DNA from: Octopus bimaculoides
Lineage: Eukaryota
Assembly: GCF_001194135.2 (NCBI RefSeq)
Contig: NC_068986.1
Span: 70,952,605-71,016,604 of the forward strand
Direction: 5' to 3'
DNA: 64,000 nucleotides
In this document: positions 1 to 11,640 of the stretch, piece by piece
Numbering within the stretch: the stretch's first letter is position 1
Layout: every line of letters begins with the position of its first letter
Notes under the pieces: model-generated
Databases searched by the model: none
Seen by the model: only the letters and a program-made list of their open reading frames with translations
What the model was told of the DNA's origin: nothing
Made by a program: the position numbers and the translations under genes

Positions 1-27
1 ATATATAAATATATATATGCACCTATC

Positions 28-56
28 ATCTATCAGTCTATCTATCTATCTATCTA

Positions 57-117
<61 letters not shown>

Positions 118-118
118 A
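28..118. repeat. (TCTA)n(TCTG)n microsatellite
   Basis: Read directly. Confidence 0.95.
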
Positions 119-132
119 TATATGATAAGCAC

Positions 133-296
133 ACGCATAACTGTGTGGTTGAGAAGCTTGCTTCCCAACCATGTTGTCTCATGTTCTGCCCCCACTGCAT
201 GGCAGTTTGTGCAAGTGTCTTCTACTATATCCCTAGGCTGACCAAAGCTTTGTGAGTGGATTTAGTTGATGGAAACAGAAAGAAGCCTGTTGTATA
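133..296 (+). mobile_element. Octopus SINE family A (tRNA-like head plus CORE-like box), 5' half, CpG-decayed
   Basis: ctgtgtggttgagaagcttgcttcccaacc...gcaagtgtcttctactata...caaagctttgtgagtggattt...gaaagaagcc, homologous to about 10 other copies in the window. Confidence 0.85.
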
Positions 297-1975
297 TACT
301 GAGTTGCCAGATAAATTTGTTTTTTTCATTAATTTTAATAGTCATTGTTCATCAACAATTTTAATAAATCAGTCTATAAAATATTGTTATATTTCAGGAT
401 GGTAATTTTTTTTGCTAAATAAACACATCCATTATATATTCATTCTTCACTTCTGATTTATTATTGTTCTTATTTTTTGTCCATTAGTCCTTTGTCTATA
501 AAGTATCCTCCTTTAATTTTCACAACTTCTTAATACCTTGACTAGAAATCACTGGGTCTTGACATGGTTGAGTGTGATTAGAGGGAGATTTGAGTGTTAT
601 TACTATCTGCTTGAGCAACTTTATAGTGACTTCCTCTTTGGCTTGTTATTGTTAGTGTTGCAATTGACAGAGTAGGAATATGATCAAACTTCTCATAGCC
701 ATAGTTATTCATACCTTTTCTTTTTCGCGAAATAGTTTATTCTTTCTTTGTTAAAGACGAGAAGTGTATTTTGAGGGAACTCATTGATTGCACAAACATT
801 AAATAGAATTGAATGGTTAGATGTCCTTAAAAATTAAACTCTTGTTTTCATTATCATTTTTTTTTTCTTTTCAAAAGCTTTTATATGTATGTGTCAATAG
901 TTATATATTGATTTGTGCTTATTATAGAATTAGAAAGCTCTTGTAAAGTTATATTTTATATCTACATTTGGATCTGCATTGTTAGCTCCTCATTTAGGTT
1001 AATGTATAATTATACTTCTCTTTTGAGTAATTTTCAGAAACCATTCATGACTTTATAATAAAATGATTCATAATTCTTTTATATTTTCAAACTGTCATTT
1101 ACAGACTTTATATTTTGAAACATTTTATATATGTAGTAGAAAGTAATAAAATTTTATGTTAATAAATATTTGAAGTCTAATAGAAAGCATTTTGGCTGAT
1201 CTTTCGTAATGTTTAAGTTAATTAATTTTTAATATTTGTAAATTAAGTTAAAATATTGTGTCACATATTCTTAACTAAATTTAAAACAAACATGCTGATT
1301 AAGAATAAAAGTCTTTCAGAAGGTATGCTATGGAGTTTCAATAAATTTTACCAACTTGAAAAAACTATTTGAAATTCCTATTTATGATGTAATTATATAT
1401 ATATCCTATAGCTGTAATAGTAAACATCATTAATGTATAGTTTAAATCAGTATGTAAAGGATGTTTAGAAAATATTGCTGTTTTAATTAGTAAATTTTCA
1501 TTAGACATTATGAAGTTTTTGAGTATTTGTTATATAGTTCTGGGAAATAACCTTTGGGTCTGGGCCACTGACCACGAGGTTCTTGTCAGCATTGGCGGCT
1601 TGTCTCACTGCAGTGTCAGGTGATACCTGTGAGGGTGCTTGGCTTTCCCAATGCCTTAGCCTTGTCATCACCTGTGGTAATGCTGAGAGCATGCTGGCTT
1701 GCTTCATTAGATTCCGTTAAACCTTGTGGTGTACGGCCAGTTGCTGTAATAAAAAAATTACCCACAAATGGTTTCAATACAGTTTTAACAGAAAGATTTG
1801 GAAGAATTAGAAGTAAGTTCTCCAGTAATTTTCTTTCATGTTTTATGTTAATTTAAGAATTTTTCAGCAAAATTTTATAAAATGACAATGTTCTAAAAGA
1901 AGTATATTTTTGAAGTATTATTATATCATAAAGTTTGATTACAGAAATATCTAAAAATATTTGATGATATTTTAG

Positions 1976-2069
1976 CTTGGCAGTAAAGGGAAGACTAATC
2001 ATAATTGGATACATCACACAGTATCACTCTGACAAACCATTAGAAGTAAAGCCTGATCTTCCACGGAAG
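1976..2069 (+). CDS. PTGR3: Prostaglandin reductase 3 / ZADH2 (MDR family), internal exon (x-LAVKGRLIIIGYITQYHSDKPLEVKPDLPRK)
   Basis: tttag| acceptor at 1974-75 and |gtatgt donor at 2070. The peptide matches the ZADH2 segment LATKGRLIVIGFISGY...LPAK. It splices in frame to the next exon. Upstream exons were not found and probably lie before base 1. Confidence 0.9.
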
Positions 2070-2627
2070 GTATGTTTTATCATAGTACTGTTGTATTTCC
2101 TTCAGTTTTGTTTTCGTTTATTTTTCCTATGTTTTAATAGTTTATTTGTTCTGTTTATTAGTTGTCTGTTAGTAGGTTTGATTGAATTATGATGGAAATC
2201 AACCAACTTGAAACATTTATGATTATTGCCAATCATCTAAAGTGCTAAAAATATTGAGTTATAAGTTTTTAAATATTTCAAATTTGATTGATGTGTTAGT
2301 AAACTTTTATGTATTATTTTATATTTGATGTTTTATTTTGTTGATAAGTCAGCATTACTAATCAAATGCAATAAATACATAATAACATATACGTACATAT
2401 AATGGGTAATTCCAATTTTTGTAAGATGACATATTGTTATTTGATGGAGATTTGACTACTATTTCTAGCATGCTGAGCTAGCTACCATATAAATGCTTTC
2501 TTGTTGGCTTTGGCTTCTTCGTTGACTTGACATTTCTATACATGATAGGAACAAATCTTATCATTAGACATATGAAGTTCTTAATACTTAATTTTGAAAC
2601 AAAACAAACTGACTTTTTATTTTGTAG

Positions 2628-2795
2628 TTGTTAACAAAATCTGCAAGTTTAAAAGGCTTTTTCCTACCTCACTACTTTTCACTTCTTCCTGAATACATAA
2701 ATAAGTTGATCACTCTTTTGATGAAGAAGGAAATAAAAAGCTTTGTGTTTCCTTCTTCTTTCACTGGACTTGAGATGATTCCAGATGCTGTTGAG
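2628..2795 (+). CDS. PTGR3: PTGR3/ZADH2 penultimate coding exon (LLTKSASLKGFFLPHYF...FTGLEMIPDAVE)
   Basis: tttgtag| acceptor, |gtaact donor, 168 nt, phase 0-0. Matches ZADH2 LLKKSASVQGFFLNHY...FTGLESIFRAVN. Confidence 0.92.
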
Positions 2796-3915
2796 GTAAC
2801 TATTCCTTGCTATTTGTCAAATTAATTAAGTCTTATTTTCTAAATTTACTGTCTTAATTTTTTTAATTTGTTAATTATGGAAGAAACTTTCATTTTGAGA
2901 ATTTCTGTACTATGTTGCTTAATCTCAGAAATATATCTCCTTGTAATATATTAAACATTTAAAATCCTTTCATCAATGTTTTCTTCCTGAGTGAAGGAAT
3001 ATTCTGAAGGTCTACTGATGAAATAACAAACATAATCAATTATATTCTGAGCAATATCATGTGCATTTTTTTCCCAGTATTAGTTCCTTTCATCTTTTAT
3101 CAATACCTAACTTACTAAATCTCAATTATAGTTGAGAATAATGTCTGACAATAATGTCTGAGCATAATGTCTGACAAAATCAATGATTATGAATAATAAC
3201 CTTTTATCTTTGTAATGTAACATTAACTTCATAATGCCTGATGTTATTTCTTACATTAAGTATGAAGCCTCTGATTTATGTAGGAGGAGATAAGGGAAGG
3301 ACTTCCATCTGAGATTTTCATACTGGATAGCAGTGACAAAGAATTGAAATACAAAACTGTCTGATGTGTGGTGGTAATTTTGGAATGTTGATGAAAGATC
3401 TTGATTTGATGTTAAAACTGAATGTGAGCTAAGATATATTTAGAAAAGAAGCCATACACTCTCATCATTCACTATACACATTCAATAGCTAATATATCCT
3501 ATCCTTTTATAAATGCCCACCTAAAGGTCAATAAATTAAACTCTGCTTTTTTTATTTTAAAATACCTTTGCCACCCATATTTTTTTCTTTACTATTATGA
3601 AACAAAATAACTCCTATTTAAGTTACAAACATGTATTTACCAAAATCGATAAACTTATGGCTATTGTATATTATTTATATAATTTATATAATTTTGCTAT
3701 TCAAGCTGCATTGAACTAGAGAGATAGTATTGTTTTTTTTTGTGATTTGCAAACGTTTATCAACAAAATTTCAATATTGTATGTGCATTCCTGTTCCTGA
3801 ATTCTTTTCTATTTTATCAATCAATCTTAAGAAAAATATTTTAATTATTTTGTTGCATATTGGCAAAACTAATGATTTTTGTATAATTTATTCTAATGTG
3901 TCTTTTCAATTTTAG

Positions 3916-3975
3916 TCACTGTACAAACAGGCTGGCCATGGTAAAATAGTAGTGGAGCTCAATGCAGAAAAGTAA
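3916..3975 (+). CDS. PTGR3: PTGR3/ZADH2 terminal coding exon (SLYKQAGHGKIVVELNAEK*)
   Basis: ttttag| acceptor. The MDR C-terminal motif GKIVVEL is followed by TAA. AATAAA lies at 4104-4109. Confidence 0.9.
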   Translation, partial: SLYKQAGHGKIVVELNAEK

Positions 3976-4941
3976 TTTCAAATCAAGTCTTTATATTTTC
4001 TGTGTGTGCTAGTGAGCACATATACATAGAATAAAACAAAAAATTATACTTTAGTCATTTCTATGTATATAGTTACTGGTTGTAAAAATCAAATATACTT
4101 TTGAATAAAAAGTTTACAACCAAATATGATTTCATTCTTGAGTTGGTACTTTAACATAGTTAAATAAACACAGAGTTAAGAGTAACATAGTTCATGCCAT
4201 AGTTACACTATATTTTCTTGACACCCATTAAAACTTGTTTAGCATTGCTTGTGTTTCAATGTATTTTCTATGAATCTTTGTATCCAGACTGATTTCTGTT
4301 ACCAGAAAATTATAACTAAACAAGACATTCATTTTATATCCTTGTATTGGATATATAATATAATGAAGCAGTGGGGAAAGAAAGTATATACATGATGCAC
4401 TACTATTAATATTACATGAGACTCAACGCTCTATATCAAAGGTTCACAGTGAACTGCTTTCCAACACGAACTCCAATCACTGACAGTGATTGGTTGGAAT
4501 CTTCTACAACAATTCACTTTGTTCTTTCACATCCAAGAGGAAAGTTTCGTAAATTTGCTCATCATGCCAGATAATATTGCTGCTGCTGCTGTCATTGTCA
4601 TTGTTATTCTAATGCCTACTTTTCATGTGTGCATGGGTAAATGAAAGTATGTTGGTACAAATTTTTAGATGGCCCGACACTCTTCCTATAGCCAATCCCA
4701 CTTGTTTCTGAGCATGGAAATATTCTCTCCAGTCTGTTGAACAACAAACAAATGAAAAAATAATCTATAAGTGGAACATACAAGTGTATTAACTAAAGGA
4801 TCAGAATTTCAACCAAGTGGAGTCTCATTCAGCTTCGGTGCAGTCACAACTAGCTACCAGTCAAACTGTTTGTATAATGGTTAATAGTAAGAAAAAATTA
4901 TAGTTTCATAGCTTGTTGTACAGATAATATTTCTTCGATTC

Positions 4942-5162
4942 AAGGGTGGCAAGCTGGCAGAATTGCTAGCACACCAGGCAAAATGCTTAGTGGTATTTCA
5001 ACTGTCGTTATGTTCTGTGTTCAAATTCTGCTGAGGTCAACTTTGCCTTTCATCCTTTTGGTGTTGATAAAGTTAGTACCAGTCGAGCACTGGGGTCAAT
5101 GTAATTGACTTACCCACTTCCTCGAAATTACTGGCCTTGTGCTAAAATTTGAAATCAGTATT
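4942..5162 (+). mobile_element. Octopus SINE family B (tRNA-like head, probable Meta-like central domain)
   Basis: ggcaagctggcagaattgctagcac...gagg tcaactttgcctttcatcctttt...gataaagttagtaccag...ggccttgtgctaaaatttgaaa, repeated elsewhere in the window. Confidence 0.85.
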
Positions 5163-5170
5163 TTAGATTC

Positions 5171-5383
5171 AAGGGCAGCGAGCTGGCTGAATCATTAGCA
5201 CACTAGGCAAAATGTTTAGTGGCATTTCAGCCGTCTTGATGTTCTGAGTTCAACCAAGGTCAACTTTGCCTTTCATCCTTTCAGGGTTGATAAAATAAGT
5301 ACCAGTTGAGCACTGGGGATGATCTATTTGACTTGGCTCCTTCCTTGAAATTTCTGGTTTTGAGTCAAAATTTTAAATCAATT
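5171..5383 (+). mobile_element. SINE family B, second copy in tandem with the first
   Basis: Same architecture as 4942-5162, directly adjacent. Confidence 0.85.
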
Positions 5384-5984
5384 TTTGTTAGATTCATATG
5401 CTCTCTCCTTAGGAGTTAAAACCCTCAGCATTTTTTTGGCAAAGGATAGTAATGTTGTTTTTAGAGATAATTATTCATTTGCTTGATCATGTGATTCATA
5501 ATAGGAAGTGGTTGGTAAAATGCCACGAGTTTTTAAGGTCAGTTCTATGGATGGATAGTGGTGTAAATATACAATGAGGTACAGAACTTGTGGTAGGCAT
5601 ATTTGAATATTCTGGATTGGGTATGGATGGGAAGAAGGAATCTCCTGACTTAAAACTTTATCAAGGCTGGAGGGGAGAAGGATTGGGGAAAATTGGAAAT
5701 TCCTTATGAGAATCAAGCAAGTAGAAATTTGTGGCTAGTGTATTGTAATGGAAATGACCAACAGGATGGAAAAAGAAATTCCTTTGGTATGTGTGTGTGG
5801 GGTGTATATGTGTGTGTGTGTGTGTGCGTGTGTGTTTGTGTGTGTGTGTGAGAGAGATGGAAGTATAGTGGTTCAGCTGATAGTATGGCCTTGGCTAAAA
5901 GTTACATCGATGACCAATTTAATGTGTAAAAAAATGGCACATCTCCTAGGATATAACAAAGAAGTTTTTGTTATTCAGCCAGTA

Positions 5985-6201
5985 CAAGGGAGTGCTGAAA
6001 AGTTCCTGGCTTTAAGGATATCATGTAAAGCCTGGTTGGAGGCCCAACCTTCTGAGTTCTTTTACAGGGTTTAGAAAAACTGAAGGACTACTGCAATAAG
6101 TGTGTGAATTTGAGAGGGGAATATGTGGAATAAAATTATAATTAACTGATCCTCTTGTAGTTTCTTTTACCCAAGGATAGGAACTTTTCAGCACCTCCTT
6201 G
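5985..6201 (+). mobile_element. Non-autonomous mariner element (MITE) with TIRs and TA target duplication
   Basis: Left end TA-caagggagtgctgaaaagttcct; right end aggaacttttcagcacctccttg-TA. The interior encodes a mariner C-terminal remnant (WLEAQPSEFF.../LEKLKDYCNKCVNLRGEYVE). Confidence 0.85.
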
Positions 6202-6317
6202 TAGATTTGAACTTAGAAAGAGTATGGTAGCTTTGATGTTTCATGAAAAATGAGTGTTTAAGATAGGAGTGAAAACCAACTGAGCAGGTGGAGGCTGTCA
6301 ATATTAGTAGTAATTAT

Positions 6318-6533
6318 AAGGTGGTGAGCTGGCAGAATCAGTAGCATGCTGGGAAAAATGCTTAGTGGCATTTCTTCCATCTTTATGTTCTGAGTTCAAA
6401 TGCCACCAAGGTCGACTTTGCCTTCCATCCTTTCAGAGTTGATAGAAATATGTACCAGTTGAATAGTGGGGGTCAATGTAATCAACCCTGGTCCCAAAAT
6501 TTCTGGCTTTGTGCCAAAATTTGAAATTAATAT
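6318..6533 (+). mobile_element. SINE family B
   Basis: ggtgagctggcagaatcagtagc...gtcgactttgccttccatcctttc...gtgccaaaatttgaaa. Confidence 0.85.
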
Positions 6534-6716
6534 TAGGAATGATGTACGAATATTGAGATAAGGAATGCTAGTATTAATGTGGTGGAAGTGAATTCCAGGG
6601 CAAATAGAAATTATTGATGAAACATAAAATGTATGAGGTTTTGGATAAGTCAAATGGCATTGATGCAATCACTAATGGAACTACCAAATTACTCTAGTCA
6701 GCTTCATGAATTAAGT

Positions 6717-7042
6717 TAGGAGCTGAGTGGTAAGAAGTTTACTTCCCAACAACTTGGTTCCAGGTTCAGCCTTGTGAGTGGATTTGGTAGATGGAAACTG
6801 AAAGAGGCTTGTTATACACATATATATATACATGTGTGTGTTTGTGTCTGTCCCCTACCACTGCTTGACAACCGCAGTTAGTATGCATATCCCTGTAACT
6901 TAGTGGTTTGGCAAAAGACACCAATAGAATAAGTAACATGCTTAAAAAATAAAAAAAAGTACTGGTATTGATTCATTTGACTAAAACTTTTCAAAGCAGT
7001 ACCCCAGCATGGCTGCAGTCTAATGGTTGAAAAATGTAAAAA
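6717..7042 (+). mobile_element. SINE family A with an internal deletion of the CORE-like part
   Basis: The head (gtggtaagaagtttacttcccaac...ggttcag) joins directly to ccttgtgagtggatttgg. The 3' half ends in ccccagcatggctgcagtc. Confidence 0.8.
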
Positions 7043-7540
7043 CAAAACAAAAAGATTAAAAATAATTGAAGCTCATTTTGGTCTGAAGAGCTACTCCATT
7101 AAACTTATGTTCACTGTTTTGTATATATTGAAGTATGAATTTCATATAAGGAGATGTCAGTCGGGTGCAAAGTATTGACAAACATTAAGAAACGTGAAAT
7201 GCATCTGTCGTTCTGGCGAGTCACTGCAGCAACACTGTTCATTTTGTTCCAATGTATATATTGTATTTATAATACAGCATGCTTATGAAGAGATTTTATC
7301 TCTGACAATTCCATAGCTTCATGCCTTCTAACAGTGTGTATACATTTAATATACACATGGTGATTTTAATTTAAAAATTAATTTAAAGATTAATGTATTA
7401 AAGATTTAAAGATTAATGTATTAATTAGTCATCAAGTTTTTATGTGTTTTCTTTCAAAAATAATTTTTATGCCAAAGTGTGTATGTGTGAAATTAAATAT
7501 TGTGACACATAGCATATATATTTGCACATGCTTATGTATG

Positions 7541-7571
<31 letters not shown>

Positions 7572-7609
7572 TGTGTGTGTATATATATGTATATATTTAC
7601 ATATACGCA

Positions 7610-7945
7610 CACAGTTCCAAGTTTAGTCCCACTGTGTGACATCTAGGGCAAGTGTCTTCTACTATAGCATCGAGTGGATAAAAGCATTGTAAGTGGATTT
7701 GGTAGACGGAAACTGAAATAACCCCATTGCATATATGTGCGTGTGTCCAACCACCTCTTGATGACTAGTGTTGGTATGTTTATGTCCTCCTAATTTAGTG
7801 GTTCGGCAAAAGAGACTGATAGTAGTCTACCAGATTTACAAAAGATAATGGATCTTTTCTGTTTGGCTGTCAAGTAGCGTCAATTAGTTCAACTAAAATT
7901 CTTCAAGGTGATGCCCCAGATGACTAAATTAAGTAAGAGATAAAG
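7610..7945 (+). mobile_element. SINE family A, degenerate
   Basis: gtcccactgtgtgacatctagggcaagtgtcttctactatag...gttcggcaaaagagactgatag...ttcaaggtgatgccccag. Confidence 0.8.
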
Positions 7946-8377
7946 ATATGATGATTGATTGTATGAAGATTCAGTGATACTGTTTTTGACTGTGTGTGTC
8001 TTCATGCATGTGTGCTTGAACTTCTATAGTTCGAAATCAACACATGGTCTTTTATTTTCGACATGCTTTTACTCTCATGTGCAAAAACTGAAATTAAATG
8101 AAAATAATATCTTGCAAAATTTATACGAATCTACAGTTTCATTTTGATAATTGCAAATCTCTCCCTAAAATTCACTGTAATTATAATCTTTTGACTTTCA
8201 TTCATGTACATATAAGGTCTCCGTCTACCAGCTTGGTCTTTCTTCATCTGTTATTCTGGTCTCTCTCTGTCTCTGCAGACAAAATCACTTTGTGAATTAT
8301 TATGTATCTATCATATATTTTGTGAATGTAATGCATCTATTTCGTAAGGCATTGGACAGTCTGAAGCATCAGTGGAA

Positions 8378-8424
8378 GCCTGTATATCGCCTGTATATCG
8401 CCTGTATATCGCCTGTATATCGCC
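8378..8424. repeat. 11-bp tandem repeat (gcctgtatatc) x4
   Basis: Exact copies read directly. Confidence 0.95.
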
Positions 8425-8610
8425 CCTAACTCAAAAGACGAATATTACAAGCAGCTTGGAATTGACAAGAATATTACATACAATGGTGTTGTGGGGAAAG
8501 CTTAAGTGACAAAGCTTCCACAGACTCGATGTTAGAGCTGTCTGCACTCAATAAAACCATATCTCACAATGCATTTGACATGTCAGTGCTTGTACCAACA
8601 TTTGGGAGGG
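8415..8610 (+). mobile_element. R4/Dong-like non-LTR retrotransposon, RT C-terminal fragment
   Basis: Frameshifted translation ISPL..DEYYKQLGIDKNITYNG...LELSALNKTISHNAFDMSVLVPTFG resembles the YKYLGI..SELSAxNK..HNxFA.PVL.PTFG region of R4-clade RTs. Confidence 0.55.
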
Positions 8611-9245
8611 TATAAGCTGTTTTGGTGCCACTTATTTAACATCACTTATGCAAAATAGTAAATTGGAGACCCACAGTCATGTAAGAATCCATAGAAAGAT
8701 TTTTTACCAAACGTATTTATGTATTGCAAATAACAGCAAGGTTTCTTTCTCTAACGCTTTACATAATTTAGCATGTTTCCAGCTGCTGAAACATGTTCTC
8801 TCCAAGGGTACTATGGCAAACCTAAGCAACTGAATGTGTGAAAAACAAGAACCACTGTCCTGATAGCCTTTGAATGATGTACTGTGTTACTTAGACATTA
8901 ACTACAGAACAGTAAAGAAAGAAACAAGTACATCTTGTGTGTACTCAACAGGAAAAGTAATAACATCTTAAGTGGAGGATCTGCTATGAAACTAATGAAA
9001 CATAAGTTTCAAGGCCTTTAGTTGTTGATGGCTCTTGAAGCAAACTGTATTGAATTAATATTTCTGTACTCACAAATTTAGTAGAGTTAATAAAAATTTT
9101 AATCAAATTTTGGTTTTATTCATATACTTTTTCTTTCATAAAAGACAAGAACAGTCCAAAAATATACAGATAAATAAACAAGCAAATAAAAGCGTATTTG
9201 GACCAAAGAAAACAAAACTAATGAAAGTCAATAAAAACAAGAACA

Positions 9246-9246
9246 G

Positions 9247-9318
<72 letters not shown>

Positions 9319-9416
9319 TAACAATAAAGACAAAATCCAGTTGAGTGCTAGAAAACACTGCAATTAAATTAATCTCTCCCTGTCTGTTGGTCTGTCTGTC
9401 TGTCTGTCTGTCTCTG

Positions 9417-9451
<35 letters not shown>

Positions 9452-9463
9452 CTNNNNNNNNNN

Positions 9464-9502
<39 letters not shown>

Positions 9503-9600
9503 TAACAATAAAGACAAAATCCAGTTGAGTGCTAGAAAACACTGCAATTAAATTAATCTCTCCCTGTCTGTTGGTCTGTCTGTCTGTCTGTCTGTCTCTG

Positions 9601-9635
<35 letters not shown>

Positions 9636-9640
9636 CTCTC
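9246..9640. repeat. (CAT)n(CAG)n / (TCTG)n / (TG)n compound microsatellites, duplicated across a 10-N gap
   Basis: Read directly. The block before the gap at 9454-9463 reappears after it. Confidence 0.9.
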
Positions 9641-9967
9641 TCCCCCTCTCTCTCTGCATATATATATGCGCACACATGTGTGATGGTGCTGTTGTTATTG
9701 TTTTCCATCAGTAATTTTCTCTTCGTCCCCATTCAGATTCCCTTGGGAATTTTTTTTTACAGCCAACGAACATATGAGCTAATTCCAACTGATCAGTGCT
9801 CTAATCAGTACCATCAGCGTTGCTATCCTCCCCTCTATATCCTCCTTCTCCTTATCACCATCATCATCATCATCATCATCATCATTGTCATGTTGTTATT
9901 GCGAGCTGGCAAACTGCTCAGCTGCATTTCGTCAGTTCCAGGCCTTGTACCTATAGTAGAATGGATA

Positions 9968-10140
9968 AGGTGCAGGCGTGACTGTGTGGCTACAAGTTTG
10001 CTTCTCAACCACATGGTTTTGGGTTCAGACTTGTTGTGTCTCACCTTGGGTAAGTGTCTTCTATTATAGCCCCCTGAACCAACTAAAGTCTTGCAAGTGG
10101 ATTTGCTTGGCAGAAACTGAAAGAAGCCCATCATAATATA
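9968..10140 (+). mobile_element. SINE family A, 5' half
   Basis: aggtgcaggcgtgactgtgtgg...accttgggtaagtgtcttctattatag...gaaactgaaagaagccc. Confidence 0.8.
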
Positions 10141-10157
10141 CATACATACACATATAT

Positions 10158-10198
<41 letters not shown>

Positions 10199-10479
10199 NN
10201 NNNNNNNNNNNNNNNNNNNNNNNNNNNNNNNNNNNNNNNNNNNNNNNNNNNNNNNNNNNNNNNNNNNNNNNNNNNNNNNNNNNNNNNNNNNNNNNNNNNN
10301 NNNNNNNNNNNNNNNNNNNNNNNNNNNNNNNNNNNNNNNNNNNNNNNNNNNNNNNNNNNNNNNNNNNNNNNNNNNNNNNNNNNNNNNNNNNNNNNNNNNN
10401 NNNNNNNNNNNNNNNNNNNNNNNNNNNNNNNNNNNNNNNNNNNNNNNNNNNNNNNNNNNNNNNNNNNNNNNNNNNNNNN

Positions 10480-10515
<36 letters not shown>

Positions 10516-10781
10516 TAGCTGATGTACCTGGTATTTCCCGGGAAAGCAAATAGAACATAGGAGGAAATACTAATAAGGTATGTATACTAAAATCGTGAAG
10601 CATGTTACGTAATAACAGGCTAATCAGATATAAGATAATAATTCTGAAAAGGGCTTTTGTGTGTTCCCAGAAGATATTAACCTCAGGGGCGTTAATGTTG
10701 GTATATTCGTGAATAAGTCAGCAATCATAGAATGAATTTAATCAGATAAAATGCTTAAATAGTCGTGATTATTAATTCTGA

Positions 10782-11588
10782 CATGAAGGGAAGCCATTGG
10801 GCCAGCAGATTTCCAAGATATAGCCCACCAGATCATCACAGATCCTCCTCCATGTTTAACAGTTGGAAGAAGGCAGTCTGGGTCAAATGCTTCTTTTGGC
10901 TATCTTCACACGTATACTCGGCCGGTGATTGGAAATAATGTAAAGAATGACTCACCCGAGAAAATAACATTCTTCCACTACTCTAGGGACCAATTCTGTA
11001 GGTTTCTACTCCACTCTAAGCACTTTGCAACATTTGCTTTTGAAAGTAGTGGTTTTCTGATTGCAGCCCTCCCGTGAAATCCGGTGTTGTGCAGCTCCTG
11101 GCGAACAGTTTTTGTGGAAACTAGGTTCTCGAGGTGGTCATTAAGCTCTGCAGTAATTTTAGGAGCTGTAATTTTGTGATCCTTTCTAACAATTCGCCTA
11201 AGAGTCCGACGGTCCCTATTTGAAAGTTTTGGTTTTCTTCCGGAGTTTCGTTTCTACGAGGAGATTTTTCCTTCTTTCTCAAAGGCTGTCATTACTATCG
11301 AGACAGTACTTCTTGATACACTAAACATTTCGGCAGTTTTGGTTACGCTAGCGCCTGCCATAGGAGCACCAACAATTTGACCTATTTGAAAGTCCGATAG
11401 ATCTGTCATTTTAATGAATTTTAATCACTTATTTCTGATGATATCTGAAAAGAAACAGCAATTTTAGCAAAACATATTAAGCAACACTAATAACAAATAA
11501 AAAAACAACAAAAATAAACAAGCTTTTGACGGTTTTATAGATCAAAATTATGATGCTAGGTGTTTCCATTATTTTGTCCAATCCCTAT
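10782..11588 (-). mobile_element. Tc1-like DNA transposon, 5' TIR plus truncated transposase pseudogene (ATG at 11409)
   Basis: Minus strand: TIR agggattggacaaaataatggaaacacc, then MTDLSDFQIGQIVG...SGRKPKLSNRDRR...WKNVIFSGES...TVKHGGGSVMIW with internal stops. It ends before the third catalytic residue. Confidence 0.9.
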
Positions 11589-11640
11589 ATATGTGTGTGT
11601 GTGTCTGTATGTGTATGTATGTATGTATGTATGTATGTGT

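Noticed and set aside
9110-9714. ORFs with poly-I/S/L/M/D/A runs and an apparent tandem duplication
   Set aside because: These are translations of (CAT)(CAG)(TG) microsatellites. The duplicated block flanks a 10-N gap and is most likely an unmerged contig overlap.
10513-10550. actagctgatgtacctggtatttcccggg, resembling Helitron-like non-autonomous 5' ends
   Set aside because: Only one short motif next to a gap, with no matching 3' hairpin or CTRR found.
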